DNA from: Candidatus Latescibacterota bacterium
GTDB lineage: Bacteria > Latescibacterota > UBA2968 > UBA8231
NCBI GenBank assembly: GCA_965242865.1
Contig: CBDETK010000013.1
Span: 4,000,001-4,064,000, forward strand
Reading direction: 5' to 3'
DNA: 64,000 nt
Positions within the stretch are counted from its first letter, which is position 1, and every line of letters starts with the position of its first letter. Position numbers and translations under genes: made by a program. This document shows, one piece after another, positions 19,245 through 28,465 of this stretch. Below the pieces are notes generated by a model. The model made no database searches. It saw only the letters and a program-made list of their open reading frames with translations, and was not told the origin of the DNA.

Positions 19245-19628
19245 ATGACCTCTCCCCTCCTTGACGTCCACGACCTGAGCGTCCGTATCACCCGCGACGA
19301 GGGCGTGGTGCGGCCGCTCAACGGCGTCAGCTTCCGCATCAACGCCGGCCAAGCCGTGGGCATCGTCGGCGAAAGCGGGTGCGGCAAGACCACGACGTCC
19401 AACGCCCTGCTGCAAATTTTGCCGCCGGCCGCCGAGATTACCAGCGACCACATCCGCTACCGACGCAAGCTGGCGCAAGCTGGACGAGCGCGAGATCGAC
19501 CTCGCTGCGCTCGCCGCGCATAGCGACGAGATGCACCAGATCCGCGTCGGCGACATTTCCATGATATCGCCGACGAGCCGACTACGGCCCTCAACGTGAC
19601 CGTGCAGGCGCGGGTGCTCAAGCTGATG
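19245..19628 (+). pseudogene. Peptide ABC transporter ATPase (DppD-like) remnant
   Basis: Walker A GIVGESGCGKT, a frameshift near 19470, then ISMI joined to Walker B IADEPTTALNVTVQARVLKLM; the middle and C-terminus are missing. Confidence 0.8.
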
Positions 19629-19663
19629 TCTATACCGGCGGCTACGCGGGAACCGGCCGGGGC

Positions 19664-19876
19664 TTGGACGAATTCATCCGCCAGACTGACGCCGATCTAG
19701 ATCAGCGGCTCAAGCGGGAAATCCAGACCGCCATTGACGAGATTGGCCGCATTGAGCAGCCCTTCCGCGACGCCATTGCCTCCGATCAGGACCAAATCGA
19801 AACGGCGCAGGCGGCCGTGGCCCGCATCCAGCAGACCTTAGAGGAGGATATCCTGCCGCTGGTGTTGGGGAACTAA
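19664..19876 (+). pseudogene. Orphan coiled-coil C-terminal gene fragment
   Basis: Helical, coding-like reading (DEFIRQTDADLDQRLKREIQ...) without a good start, in a rearranged zone. Confidence 0.35.
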
Positions 19877-20161
19877 GTACGCGACCCCTGCTTTAAGTCC
19901 GCCTTTTCTGCGGTTCCTGCTGAACCGGGATCCAAGGCGTCCCGCCCTCGACGAGGGCAAGATGCCCTCGATCCGTGGAAGGGGGCCGTTACGGTCGGTT
20001 GCCGCCCGCCTATCGGGCACCAGCGAGTTGAAAATCATTTTCAGGGTCCCCCAGCTAGGATATGGGCGTTCGTTCTGGTGAGTTGTCTGTTTGGACCCAA
20101 AAGTAGCGGCTTGTACAGCAGGGTGAAGCCAAAGTGCTTAAATGTTTGGCGGCATATCTAA

Positions 20162-21145
20162 TCAGCACACCATGCCCCGCTTGGCGCGGATGCCGTGCGC
20201 GGGCGGGTCGTTGCCGATCCAGCGCTCGTCTATGGGCTCGTGTGAACGCTGGTAGCGCGTATCGGCCGAGAGACGAATGCAGGCTGTCTGGTTGTCTGAG
20301 CTGGCATGCAGCAAATACATACTGAAGACCAGCAAATCCCCCATCTGGTACTCGGCCGTCAGCCAGCGGCCCCGTAGCTGCTCGCGCACGGCAATCGCGT
20401 CGGCCGAGTAGGCCCCGGACGAGTTCCAGCGAATTTGCTCGCGTTCTTGCTGGGTCAGTTCGCGGCCCTGTGCTTGGGCGGCCGCGACGATTTGGCGCGC
20501 GGTGGGGCCGTCGTTTTCGCAAAACGCATCCACATCGGTCTGGCCGTAGCCCTGCTTTAGGGCTTTGTTGCGGTGCGACCCCTCCAACACCATCAGCCCC
20601 CCCATCTCGTAGGGCACGTCGCTAAAGGGCGTCCACGACGTATAGAGGGCCTTGGTTCCTCGGCCCATATAGACGATGTCGCAATGCGGGGTCGTGGCCG
20701 TGGTGGTGCCCGGCTGCTTGGCGCGGAACCAAGTGTAGTCGTAATGCCGGACCGGGCCGCCCAAGAAGAATTCGTAAAAGGCCATCATCGGGCCGTCGTA
20801 GAGGACTTTGTCCAACGCCGGGTTGTTGCGGGCTAAAATGGGCATGAACGGGCCGGTGGCCGCCGGATTGACCGCCTTGCCCGAGGCCACTACGCCTTCT
20901 ATGGGCGGGTGCGCCGGGTCTAGCACCCCGAACTCAAAGAGGCGATCGCACAATACGGCCCGCGCCGCCACCACGGCGCGCCGGTCTAAATAGTGCGGCA
21001 AAAACAAATACCCGTCTTCTTCCATCCGCTCCCACAGCGCGTCCCGATCGTCGGTTATGTCGTCCGAGCGGCGGAGCTCGCCGACTTGCTCCATGGCGAG
21101 CGGCTGGCCGCTATACGTGAGTTGAGGTCTGGTTGCCGTAGTCAT
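20162..21145 (-). CDS. Phytanoyl-CoA dioxygenase family (2OG-Fe(II) oxygenase)
   Basis: EDGYLFL, TTPHCD (HxD), GGLMVLEGSH, GDLLVFSMYLLHAS and RLSADTRY. Confidence 0.85.
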   Translation of the reverse strand: MTTATRPQLTYSGQPLAMEQVGELRRSDDITDDRDALWERMEEDGYLFLPHYLDRRAVVAARAVLCDRLFEFGVLDPAHPPIEGVVASGKAVNPAATGPFMPILARNNPALDKVLYDGPMMAFYEFFLGGPVRHYDYTWFRAKQPGTTTATTPHCDIVYMGRGTKALYTSWTPFSDVPYEMGGLMVLEGSHRNKALKQGYGQTDVDAFCENDGPTARQIVAAAQAQGRELTQQEREQIRWNSSGAYSADAIAVREQLRGRWLTAEYQMGDLLVFSMYLLHASSDNQTACIRLSADTRYQRSHEPIDERWIGNDPPAHGIRAKRGMVC

Positions 21146-21312
21146 CGGTCGTCCTTTCTGGAGCTAAAACTATGCGGCGGATCCGCGCGGGCAAACCCCG
21201 CAGTGATTGATATAAAATGGCCGAGCTATTACATTTATAAGCACCCCTAAGCACCCCAATTTAGCATCCCCCGCGTTTTATGGTCCCCGTCCGCTTTTTG
21301 ATCGGAAGAACA

Positions 21313-22440
21313 ATGTACATCCGCTCACTGTGTGTCGCTCTATGCCTGTCGTATGTACCGCTGCAAGCCTCGGCCTTCAACCCCGGCCCGAACCCACCGT
21401 ATGCCGCGGCCATTTTGCTCGAAGCCGAAAGCGGTGCGGTGCTGTTTGCCCACAATCCCGATTTGCAGCGCTCGCCCGCCAGCACCCTCAAGCTGATGCT
21501 CGAGCTGGTGGTCATGGACTTGGTCAAAGCCGGTAAGATCGCGCTAGACGACCCGATCCAAGCCTCGCGCCGCGCCGCCCGAACCGGCGGCTCGCAGGTC
21601 TATCTAGCCCAAGGCGAAGTCTTTATGCTGGAGCAGCTCATGGAGGCTGTCGTCATTGTCTCGGCCAACGACGCCTGCGTCGCCATCGCCGAGCACGTTG
21701 GCGGCGCGACCGAGAGCTTCGTCGATCTGATGAACAGCCGCGCCCAAAGCCTCGGCTTGCAAAACACGCGCTACGTCAACGTCCACGGTCTCGACGATAC
21801 GCCGCGCAACAACAGCAACACCACGACAGCCCGCGACTTGTCCAAAGTAGCCCAGGCGCTCTTGGCATACCCCGAGATTTTGGCTTGGTCCTCCATTCGC
21901 TCCAAGCCGTTCCGCAACGGCAAATTTATACTCCGCGCCACCAACAAACTTTTGGGGAGGTTCCGGGGAGCGGACGGGTTTAAGACCGGCTATACCCGAC
22001 GCGCTGGGTACTGTCTAGTCGCCACGGCCGAGCGCCACGAGATGCGCCTGATCTCCGTGATCTTGGGTGCTCCATCGGCGCGCGTCCGCACCCGGGAGAC
22101 CAGTCGCCTATTGAGTTGGGGCTTTAATAGCTTCTCGCGCGTCCCCCTCGTCGAAACCGGCGAACTCATGGGCAAGGTCGTGCTCAGTTGGGGCATCGAG
22201 CCATCGGTGCGCGTTTTGGCCCAAGACACCGTAGTCGCCGTGCTCACGCCCGAACAGGAGCAACAGCTCGTCCGCCATCTAGAGTTGCCCGCGGAACTGC
22301 CCGCGCCGGTCGTTGCCGGCGACGAACTGGGCGAGCTAAGGGTCTCGCTGGGCGATAGCCTCTTGGCCGTGGTGCCCATCCACGCGGAAAAGAGCATCGG
22401 CCGCATGGGGCTTTGGGACAAACTAATGACGTACTTTTAA
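21313..22440 (+). CDS. dacA: D-alanyl-D-alanine carboxypeptidase (PBP5/S11)
   Basis: PASTLK (SxxK), SANDA (SxN) and GFKTGYT (KTG); signal peptide. Confidence 0.85.
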   Translation: MYIRSLCVALCLSYVPLQASAFNPGPNPPYAAAILLEAESGAVLFAHNPDLQRSPASTLKLMLELVVMDLVKAGKIALDDPIQASRRAARTGGSQVYLAQGEVFMLEQLMEAVVIVSANDACVAIAEHVGGATESFVDLMNSRAQSLGLQNTRYVNVHGLDDTPRNNSNTTTARDLSKVAQALLAYPEILAWSSIRSKPFRNGKFILRATNKLLGRFRGADGFKTGYTRRAGYCLVATAERHEMRLISVILGAPSARVRTRETSRLLSWGFNSFSRVPLVETGELMGKVVLSWGIEPSVRVLAQDTVVAVLTPEQEQQLVRHLELPAELPAPVVAGDELGELRVSLGDSLLAVVPIHAEKSIGRMGLWDKLMTYF

Positions 22441-22454
22441 GCGGGGCGGCTATT

Positions 22455-22883
22455 TTATTTGTGGTATCGCCCGCCGCTTAGAATGTCAAAGGAGCGGTAC
22501 AGGGCCTCCAACAACAGCAGGCGCGCAAGTTGGTGAGAAAAAGTTAGCGGCGACAGGGACCACCGCTCTTGTATTTGCGATTCGACCCCGGCCGGCATGC
22601 CCTCGGCCCCGCCGATTATTAGCACTAGGTGCGAGGGGCCTTGGTTCATGAGCCGCTGGAGCCGCTGCGCCAACTGCTCAGAGGTGAACCGCGTTCCTTG
22701 GACGTACAGACCGACGATATGCGTCCCTTTCAACAGCCGGTTCGGGAGGCCGCTGGATGCCTTGCCTTTTTGCGGACAGAGCGCGACCTGCGCCTGCCGC
22801 GAGAGACGCTTGATGTACTCCTGCTCGGCCGCGGCTAGCGCTGAGTTGCGATGTTTTTCGTAGGAGACAACGCTGATTTGCAT
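22455..22883 (-). CDS. rlmH: 23S rRNA (pseudouridine1915-N3)-methyltransferase
   Basis: IIGGAEG, SLSPLTFSHQLARLLLLEALYRS and GRYHK end. Confidence 0.85.
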   Translation of the reverse strand: MQISVVSYEKHRNSALAAAEQEYIKRLSRQAQVALCPQKGKASSGLPNRLLKGTHIVGLYVQGTRFTSEQLAQRLQRLMNQGPSHLVLIIGGAEGMPAGVESQIQERWSLSPLTFSHQLARLLLLEALYRSFDILSGGRYHK

Positions 22884-22908
22884 GGGTGCTGGAGCAATCG
22901 ACGCAACC

Positions 22909-22937
22909 TTGACGCCGTTGGGCTGCCGGGATATATT
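22909..22937 (+). promoter_or_regulatory. sigma70-like promoter of tRNA-Val
   Basis: TTGACG-17 bp-TATATT just upstream of the tRNA. Confidence 0.6.
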
Positions 22938-22952
22938 ATTGGCCCTTCTACG

Positions 22953-23029
22953 GGGCGATTAGCTCAGCTGGCTAGAGCGCCTGCTTGACATGCAGGAGGT
23001 CACTAGTTCAAGTCTAGTATCGCCCACCA
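22953..23029 (+). tRNA. tRNA-Val(GAC)
   Basis: Acceptor GGGCGAT/ATCGCCC-ACCA, anticodon arm CCTGC-TTGACAT-GCAGG, T-loop GTTCAAG; 77 nt. Confidence 0.95.
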
Positions 23030-23344
23030 TCTTCTAAGCCCCTGATTTTTCAGGGGCTTTTTTAGTTCTCTTGGTTTTGTACCGGGATTCGCGGATGCAG
23101 AGGCCGATCGCGGACCCTGAGCTTCCTCTGGAGCCGAGCTGGAGTCGCGGTGCAAACCTTCGAGCAAGCCTTCAATGCGGGCCACGCGCTCGCCTAGCAC
23201 CGAAATCCTATTGCCCAGCGCGATCTCGACGGCCCCGATGCGCTCGGTGAGTCGCCGATCCAAGGCGGAAATATCCCCGCGAATTTTCCACAGAAATCCC
23301 AGAATGGCCACGACGCCGCCAATCGTAATCAAATTACTCTCCAT
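23003..23344 (-). CDS. Small membrane-anchored coiled-coil hypothetical protein
   Basis: AGGAGG RBS, one TM helix and ERVARIEG coiled coil. The 3' end runs into the tRNA, so the C-terminus may be non-native. Confidence 0.5.
   Translation of the reverse strand: MESNLITIGGVVAILGFLWKIRGDISALDRRLTERIGAVEIALGNRISVLGERVARIEGLLEGLHRDSSSAPEEAQGPRSASASANPGTKPRELKKPLKNQGLRRWWAILDLN
23036..23063 (+). terminator. Intrinsic terminator after tRNA-Val
   Basis: AAGCCCCTG/CAGGGGCTT stem followed by a T-run. Confidence 0.7.
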
Positions 23345-23375
23345 CTTAGACCTCCTTGCGAAATTAGGTGCTTCG

Positions 23376-23927
23376 TCAGGGTGGGGCGAGCCTGAAGGAC
23401 GCGAAAAATCGCTCGATATCCGCCGGGTCGTCAAACGCTTGGGGAGCACCGACCGCCATTAAGCTGTAAAGCCGCTGGCCTACCTGTAAGCTCTGCAATC
23501 GCAAGCGGCTTTGGTCCGAGGCTTGGATCTGGGTCTGCCGAGCGGGATGCCCGGCCATCTCAACGGCGGCTTCCGACAGGATCGTCCCCTTCACCTTTTG
23601 CACGATGGCGTCGCGGCGTGCGGCAATCGCGCTGTCGGCTTGGACGGCCTCGGGCACGTCCCCGTAGGCAACGGCGTATTGCACGTCCGCACGCTCGAAC
23701 ATTAGGTATTGGAACTCTACCTCGCCAAAGGGCAACGGCTCGCGCAACTTGCGTAGATTGGGCCGACCGGCCATCTGCACGGCAAAGGCCCCCGCCTCAT
23801 AAGTCTGCGCCTCCCATTCCGGTGCGCCGCGCACCCAATCGACGATGTTGTAGGCGACGATGGCCCCTAGGACGACAAAGAAGAGCTTGACGGACCATAG
23901 GTCCGTTTTGGTTTTAGCTCGGCCCAT
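23376..23927 (-). CDS. Hypothetical membrane-anchored protein
   Basis: N-terminal TM segment and RFFASFRL end; in an operon with the epimerase and hpt. Confidence 0.65.
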   Translation of the reverse strand: MGRAKTKTDLWSVKLFFVVLGAIVAYNIVDWVRGAPEWEAQTYEAGAFAVQMAGRPNLRKLREPLPFGEVEFQYLMFERADVQYAVAYGDVPEAVQADSAIAARRDAIVQKVKGTILSEAAVEMAGHPARQTQIQASDQSRLRLQSLQVGQRLYSLMAVGAPQAFDDPADIERFFASFRLAPP

Positions 23928-23930
23928 TGG

Positions 23931-24749
23931 TCAGGCTAGCCCCAGCCTTTCTTCGGCGCTGTCGGCCGGAATATAGCCCAAGACCTCGCGCGGATGGTCG
24001 ATATCGACCCAACGCCAGCGGTTGTTGGACACTCCGTAGAAAATGTCAAAGCGCAAGTCCGCGGGAGCCTCGATGGCGCGTTGCACGAGTTGCACCACGT
24101 CGCGCTGGCTACACCAGATGGCACCGCCCCGCTCGTCGCGCGGGTGGTCCTCGGCATTGACCCAGCCGATGCGCAGACAGGGCACCGACATGGTGTGTAC
24201 GTCCGCGTAGTAGCGCGCTAGGGCCTCGCCCCAAATTTTAGTCGCCGGATAGAGGCCCGTCGGGCGCTGCGGCCATTCGTGGGTCACGCACTGGACCTGA
24301 CTGGCATCGACCGCGTCGAAGTGCCCTTCGGAGATGGCCTTGTACGGGTCTTCCTGCTGGTAGCCCCAAGACACCATGATCGAGCTCGCGAACACCACGC
24401 GCCCGACGCCAGCGCGGCGCGCGGCTTCCAGCACATTGCGCGGCCCGATGATATTGCTGCCGAGCAGGCTCTCCCAGCTCGCATCTGGCCGCGGATCGGC
24501 CGCGAGTTGCACGACCACGTCCATGCCCTCGACAGCTTGGGCCACCGCGTTGTAGTCGGTTAGGTCTGCGAGGGAAAGTTTTTCTTGGGGAATTTTCAAG
24601 GCGGCGTCTTTAGGGGTGCGCGCCGAAGGCTGGAACCGCCGAGCTAGGCCATAGAGGTCGTAGCGGTCGGGTTGGGTGTTCAGGTGCTGATACACGGCGC
24701 CGGCAATCAAGCCATAGACGCCGGTGATTAAGACTTTTTGGGGGGCCAT
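23931..24749 (-). CDS. NAD-dependent epimerase/dehydratase (uronate dehydrogenase-like SDR)
   Basis: VLITGVYGLIA, VFASS, YPATK and LRIGW. Start at MAPQK. Confidence 0.85.
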   Translation of the reverse strand: MAPQKVLITGVYGLIAGAVYQHLNTQPDRYDLYGLARRFQPSARTPKDAALKIPQEKLSLADLTDYNAVAQAVEGMDVVVQLAADPRPDASWESLLGSNIIGPRNVLEAARRAGVGRVVFASSIMVSWGYQQEDPYKAISEGHFDAVDASQVQCVTHEWPQRPTGLYPATKIWGEALARYYADVHTMSVPCLRIGWVNAEDHPRDERGGAIWCSQRDVVQLVQRAIEAPADLRFDIFYGVSNNRWRWVDIDHPREVLGYIPADSAEERLGLA

Positions 24750-25315
24750 TGCGCGGGGTCTCCTCTGGTGGGTTCGATGGCGGCGATGTGGGGCAGGGCG
24801 CGGTAGCACTGGTCGCAATCCATGCCGTAGCCGACGACGAACGCGTCTTCAATTTCAAAACCACAGTAATCTATCGGCACTGGAACCTCCCGGCGAGCGC
24901 GCTTGTCCAGCAGCGTACATACTCTGAGCGAACCGGGTTGCCGCGCCTTGAGCATGGCCAGCACAAAATCTAGGGATCGGCCCGTATCGACGATGCCATC
25001 GACGACGAGCACATCCCGGCCGGCCACGGCCACGACGAGGTCTTTGGCCTGTGCGATCTGCCCGGTGTTCTCCGTGCCCTGATAGCTCGAAACGTCGACG
25101 AAGTCGTAGGCCAACCGCGCCAACAGCTCCTCGGGCAGGCGGCTTATCAAGGCCATCATAAACGGCACTGCTCCGTTGAGGAGGCCGACAAATAAGGGAG
25201 CGGCCCCAGCGTAGTCGCTGGCTAGCTGCTGGGCCAACTCGTCGATGCGCCGCTCTACTTGCTCGCGCTCGAGCAGCACTTTTAAGGCTGGGGGTTCCAA
25301 TGAACTGCGGGGCAT
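24728..25315 (-). CDS. hpt: Hypoxanthine phosphoribosyltransferase
   Basis: GLLNGA, VSSY, VLVVDGIVDTGRS, LLDK and FVVGYGMD. Confidence 0.85.
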   Translation of the reverse strand: MPRSSLEPPALKVLLEREQVERRIDELAQQLASDYAGAAPLFVGLLNGAVPFMMALISRLPEELLARLAYDFVDVSSYQGTENTGQIAQAKDLVVAVAGRDVLVVDGIVDTGRSLDFVLAMLKARQPGSLRVCTLLDKRARREVPVPIDYCGFEIEDAFVVGYGMDCDQCYRALPHIAAIEPTRGDPAQWPPKKS

Positions 25316-25408
25316 ACCTTTGATTATACGGCTTGCGAGCTATTCTTTGCAAAACGCACAAAACGCAGCCGGGGCTTCAACGCTGAGTGCGGAAATAATT
25401 TTAGCTAG

Positions 25409-25816
25409 TTAGGTCAGATCCATAAACGGATTGTACGCAATTTCCCAAAGGTATTCGTCGGGGTCCGCAATGTAGCCGGAGTAGCCACCCCAGAACACCT
25501 CCTGGGGCTCCTTGAGCACTTTCGCGCCGGCCGAGGCGGCCAGCCGCACAACGGCATCCACTTCCTCTTTTGTTTTCACGTTGTGGGCGAGCGTGAACCG
25601 GGGAGCGTCTCCAGCCGATCCTGCTTCGCCAACGCCCTCACCGACAAACTGGTCTCTCGGGTATAGCGAGAGCCACGTGCCCTCCAATGAGAAGAAGGCG
25701 ATGCTCCCGTCGTCTTTTGAGTTGTACATCTCAAAGCCAAGGCCATCCCGATAGAACGATATAGATTTTTTTAAGTCGGCAACCAGCAGGGTGACGAGGC
25801 TTATTTTGCCCTTCAT
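25409..25816 (-). CDS. VOC/glyoxalase family protein
   Basis: ISLVTLLVADL..S..FY.DGLG and FWGGYSGYIADPD. Confidence 0.85.
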   Translation of the reverse strand: MKGKISLVTLLVADLKKSISFYRDGLGFEMYNSKDDGSIAFFSLEGTWLSLYPRDQFVGEGVGEAGSAGDAPRFTLAHNVKTKEEVDAVVRLAASAGAKVLKEPQEVFWGGYSGYIADPDEYLWEIAYNPFMDLT

Positions 25817-25823
25817 GGCTTGG

Positions 25824-26087
25824 TCAGGCGGCTTGACGGGTGTGGTTGTGTCGCATTTCCCGCCGATCTAAGAGAGCCTCGGCGGGGATGCTCGGTTGCT
25901 CGGGCACCTTCAGAGCGGCGGCCGCGACCAAGGCACTCAGCTCGTCGGCGCTGGACAAGTCGAGCGTTCCGCGCTGGTAGGCGGCGTCGATGTGCCCACA
26001 CAACACCTCTAAGTCGGCCCAAGAGCGGGCTTGCCCAATGCGCGCCTGCAAGGGGATGGCGGCGGGGCTTAGTTTGGCAGTCTGCAT
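25824..26087 (-). CDS. Hypothetical protein
   Basis: Strong AAGGAGGT RBS; 87-aa helical ORF. Confidence 0.55.
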   Translation of the reverse strand: MQTAKLSPAAIPLQARIGQARSWADLEVLCGHIDAAYQRGTLDLSSADELSALVAAAALKVPEQPSIPAEALLDRREMRHNHTRQAA

Positions 26088-26105
26088 GATGTTACCTCCT
26101 TGGGG

Positions 26106-26228
26106 AAGTTCAGGAGTTCGCGCGGATGCGATGGGCCTCGGTTGGGGCTAGCCACTGTGCCAGCCCAAGTGCCTTAGTTGGGGCTGGCCACTGTGCCAGC
26201 CCAAGTTCAGGAGTTCGCGCGGGTGCGA
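26106..26228. repeat. Interleaved direct repeats/hairpins downstream of recA (A: 26106-26131, 26203-26228; B: 26141-26170, 26177-26206)
   Basis: A = AAGTTCAGGAGTTCGCGCGG(A/G)TGCGA; B = GTTGGGGCT(A/G)GCCACTGTGCCAGCCCAAGT, itself a hairpin. Confidence 0.7.
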
Positions 26229-26294
26229 GGTGCTGGGCCACTTTAGCGTGGGGTCTCCAGCAGCCTTGGCACCTCGACCCGCGAGAGCGTAGGG

Positions 26295-27404
26295 CTAGGC
26301 CAGCGCGGCCTCTGCTTCTTTGCTTTCAATCCGCTCCTCTGCGCCAAAGCAAGGGGCGACTTCTGCGACCTTTAGGTTGAGGGCTTGGCGCACCTCGGTC
26401 TCTAGGCGCGTGCGGACCTCGTGGTTGTCGCGGAGGAAGACGCGGGCGTTTTCGCGCCCTTGGCCCAGCCGCTCGTCACCGTAAGAAAACCAAGTGCCGC
26501 TTTTGGCGACGCAGCCGCTGTGGACGCCCAAGTCGAGCAAATCGCCCTCGCGCGATATGCCCACGTCGTCGCCGCGGAACATGATGTCGAACTCGGCCTC
26601 GCGGAAGGGCGGGGCGACCTTGTTCTTGACGACCTTGACGCGGGTGCGCCGGCCGATGATTTCGTCGCCATCCTTGATCGCGCCAATGCCGCGGATGTCG
26701 AGGCGGACCGAGGAATAGAAGTTTAGAGCGCGACCGCCGGTGGTGGTCTCGGGGCTACCGAACATCACGCCGATCTTCATCCGCAACTGGTTGATAAAGA
26801 TCACCGTGGTCCCCGACTTCTGGGACGACCCGGTGAGCTTGCGCAGGGCTTGGGACATCAGCCGCGCTTGCAGCCCTACGTGAGAATCGCCCATATCGCC
26901 TTCGAGCTCGGCCTTGGGCACTAGGGCCGCGACCGAATCGATTACGACGAGGTCGAGGGCCCCGCTGCGCACCAGCGTGTCTGTGATCTCTAGGGCCTCT
27001 TCGCCCGAATCCGGCTGGGAGACGAGCAAGTTGTCGATGTCAACGCCCAGCCGGCGGGCGAAACTCACGTCGAGCGCGTGCTCGGCGTCGATGAAAGCCG
27101 CTGTGCCGGTCTGTTGCGCCTGAGAGACGATGTGCAACGCCAGCATGGTCTTACCCGCCGCTTCAGGCCCGAACAACTCGACGACTCGCCCTCTGGGCAC
27201 CCCGCCGACGCCAAGGGCCGCGTCGAGCGAAATGGCGCCCGTGGAAATGACGTCGATGTCCATGGCGGCTGCTTCGCCCAACCGCATGACGGCCCCCTTG
27301 CCAAACTGCCGTTCGATTTGGGCAAGCGCTAAGCCGATGGCCTTATCCTTATCCTCGCCTAAGTGCTTGCCGTTTGTACGAGCCCTGCTTTTACCCGCTG
27401 CCAT
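26295..27404 (-). CDS. recA: Recombinase A
   Basis: [35 protein letters not shown] and KNKVAPPF. Start at MAAGK with a GAGGAGG RBS. Confidence 0.97.
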   Translation of the reverse strand: MAAGKSRARTNGKHLGEDKDKAIGLALAQIERQFGKGAVMRLGEAAAMDIDVISTGAISLDAALGVGGVPRGRVVELFGPEAAGKTMLALHIVSQAQQTGTAAFIDAEHALDVSFARRLGVDIDNLLVSQPDSGEEALEITDTLVRSGALDLVVIDSVAALVPKAELEGDMGDSHVGLQARLMSQALRKLTGSSQKSGTTVIFINQLRMKIGVMFGSPETTTGGRALNFYSSVRLDIRGIGAIKDGDEIIGRRTRVKVVKNKVAPPFREAEFDIMFRGDDVGISREGDLLDLGVHSGCVAKSGTWFSYGDERLGQGRENARVFLRDNHEVRTRLETEVRQALNLKVAEVAPCFGAEERIESKEAEAALA

Positions 27405-27442
27405 GATTTCCTCCTCGGGTGTCAGAATGTAGCACACCGCCA

Positions 27443-27482
27443 ACCTGAACAAAAAGATAGTGCATCAATGTTCAGGTGTCAA
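27443..27482 (-). promoter_or_regulatory. recA sigma70 promoter overlapped by a 9-bp inverted repeat (candidate operator)
   Basis: Minus strand TTGACA (27482-27477), 17 bp, TATCTT (27459-27454); ACCTGAACA (27443-51) and TGTTCAGGT (27469-77). Confidence 0.65.
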
Positions 27483-27886
27483 GATTTTTTTTAATTGAAG
27501 TGGATTAAGCTACTCTACCCGTTTACAACAAATTCCGTGCCAAGGGGCAATAATTCGCGCAATTTGTTGTTTAATAACGTGTTATAAAAATGAAGGGGAT
27601 ACTGCGGAAAGCAAAATTGTGGGAACTGCGAGAAACAACGCTGTGTAACCAACCAGCCACAGCACAAGCCCCCGATTTCGCCGCCCTCGAAGCCGAGATG
27701 TTCTGCTCGGCCCATAATCAGCTTTACGCCTGCCGCCACTATCTGCTTACCCCCGGCGGCCCGGCGACGTCCACAACAGCTTGACAAGCCAGTTCCAACG
27801 CCGCGCCCAACGGCGTAGGCGTCTATGTCTCCGAACTGGTAGCTGGCCGCATCGTAGCCTACTGGGTCAATTTCTGGGTCCGGTTA

Positions 27887-28387
27887 ATGCGGCAAGACCA
27901 ATTACCCCTAGGGCTTCGATTCACCAATGCAGAAAAAGCAAAGGGCAATCGCCGTTCCGCTCGCAGCCGCGCCAAGACCGCCAACGCCTTAGCCTACCGC
28001 GCCCACGCCCTAAGACGGGCCGGGCTATCCACCAAGCAAATAGCCGCCGCGCTTGGGCGTTCCGAACGGTCCATACAATCCTACCTCGCAACCCCGTTCA
28101 GCACCGTGCAAGCCACGCGCCAACGCATCGCAAGACCGCGACCGCGCCCCATGCTATACCAGCCAGCCACCGCGGCCATTTGCTATCTGTTAATGCCGCC
28201 CACTAAAGAAAGTTCTGAGAAGAAGGAAGAACCTAAAGATAGCAAATTGCCAAACCACGCCGATATTGACCCGCTGGCCGAACTTCAAAAGCATTGGGAA
28301 GCCCAAGACCGCCACAAAAGCCACAATTCGCCTAGTCGAGCACCCGATAAACCCACGCCAGAAACAAAAATCACGGATGCGCCTTGA
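27887..28387 (+). CDS. Hypothetical basic protein with HTH-like segment
   Basis: GLSTKQIAAALGRSERSIQSYL fits an HTH pattern; the rest is low complexity. Confidence 0.4.
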   Translation: MRQDQLPLGLRFTNAEKAKGNRRSARSRAKTANALAYRAHALRRAGLSTKQIAAALGRSERSIQSYLATPFSTVQATRQRIARPRPRPMLYQPATAAICYLLMPPTKESSEKKEEPKDSKLPNHADIDPLAELQKHWEAQDRHKSHNSPSRAPDKPTPETKITDAP

Positions 28388-28465
28388 CCCGGTAAGCGAT
28401 TTTCACGTTCGTAATGCTGCTTTATGGCCAAATTAACCCACTATCAAAGGAGAAAAGAGAAAATC

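Noticed and set aside
22953-23450. Prophage or ICE integrated at tRNA-Val
   Set aside because: No integrase and no duplicated tRNA 3' end nearby; similarity to 41491-41567 is just the paralogous tRNA-Val.
27528-27542. sigma54-like TGGCACGGAATTTGT upstream of recA
   Set aside because: The conserved -12 C is missing, and a good sigma70 promoter already explains recA.
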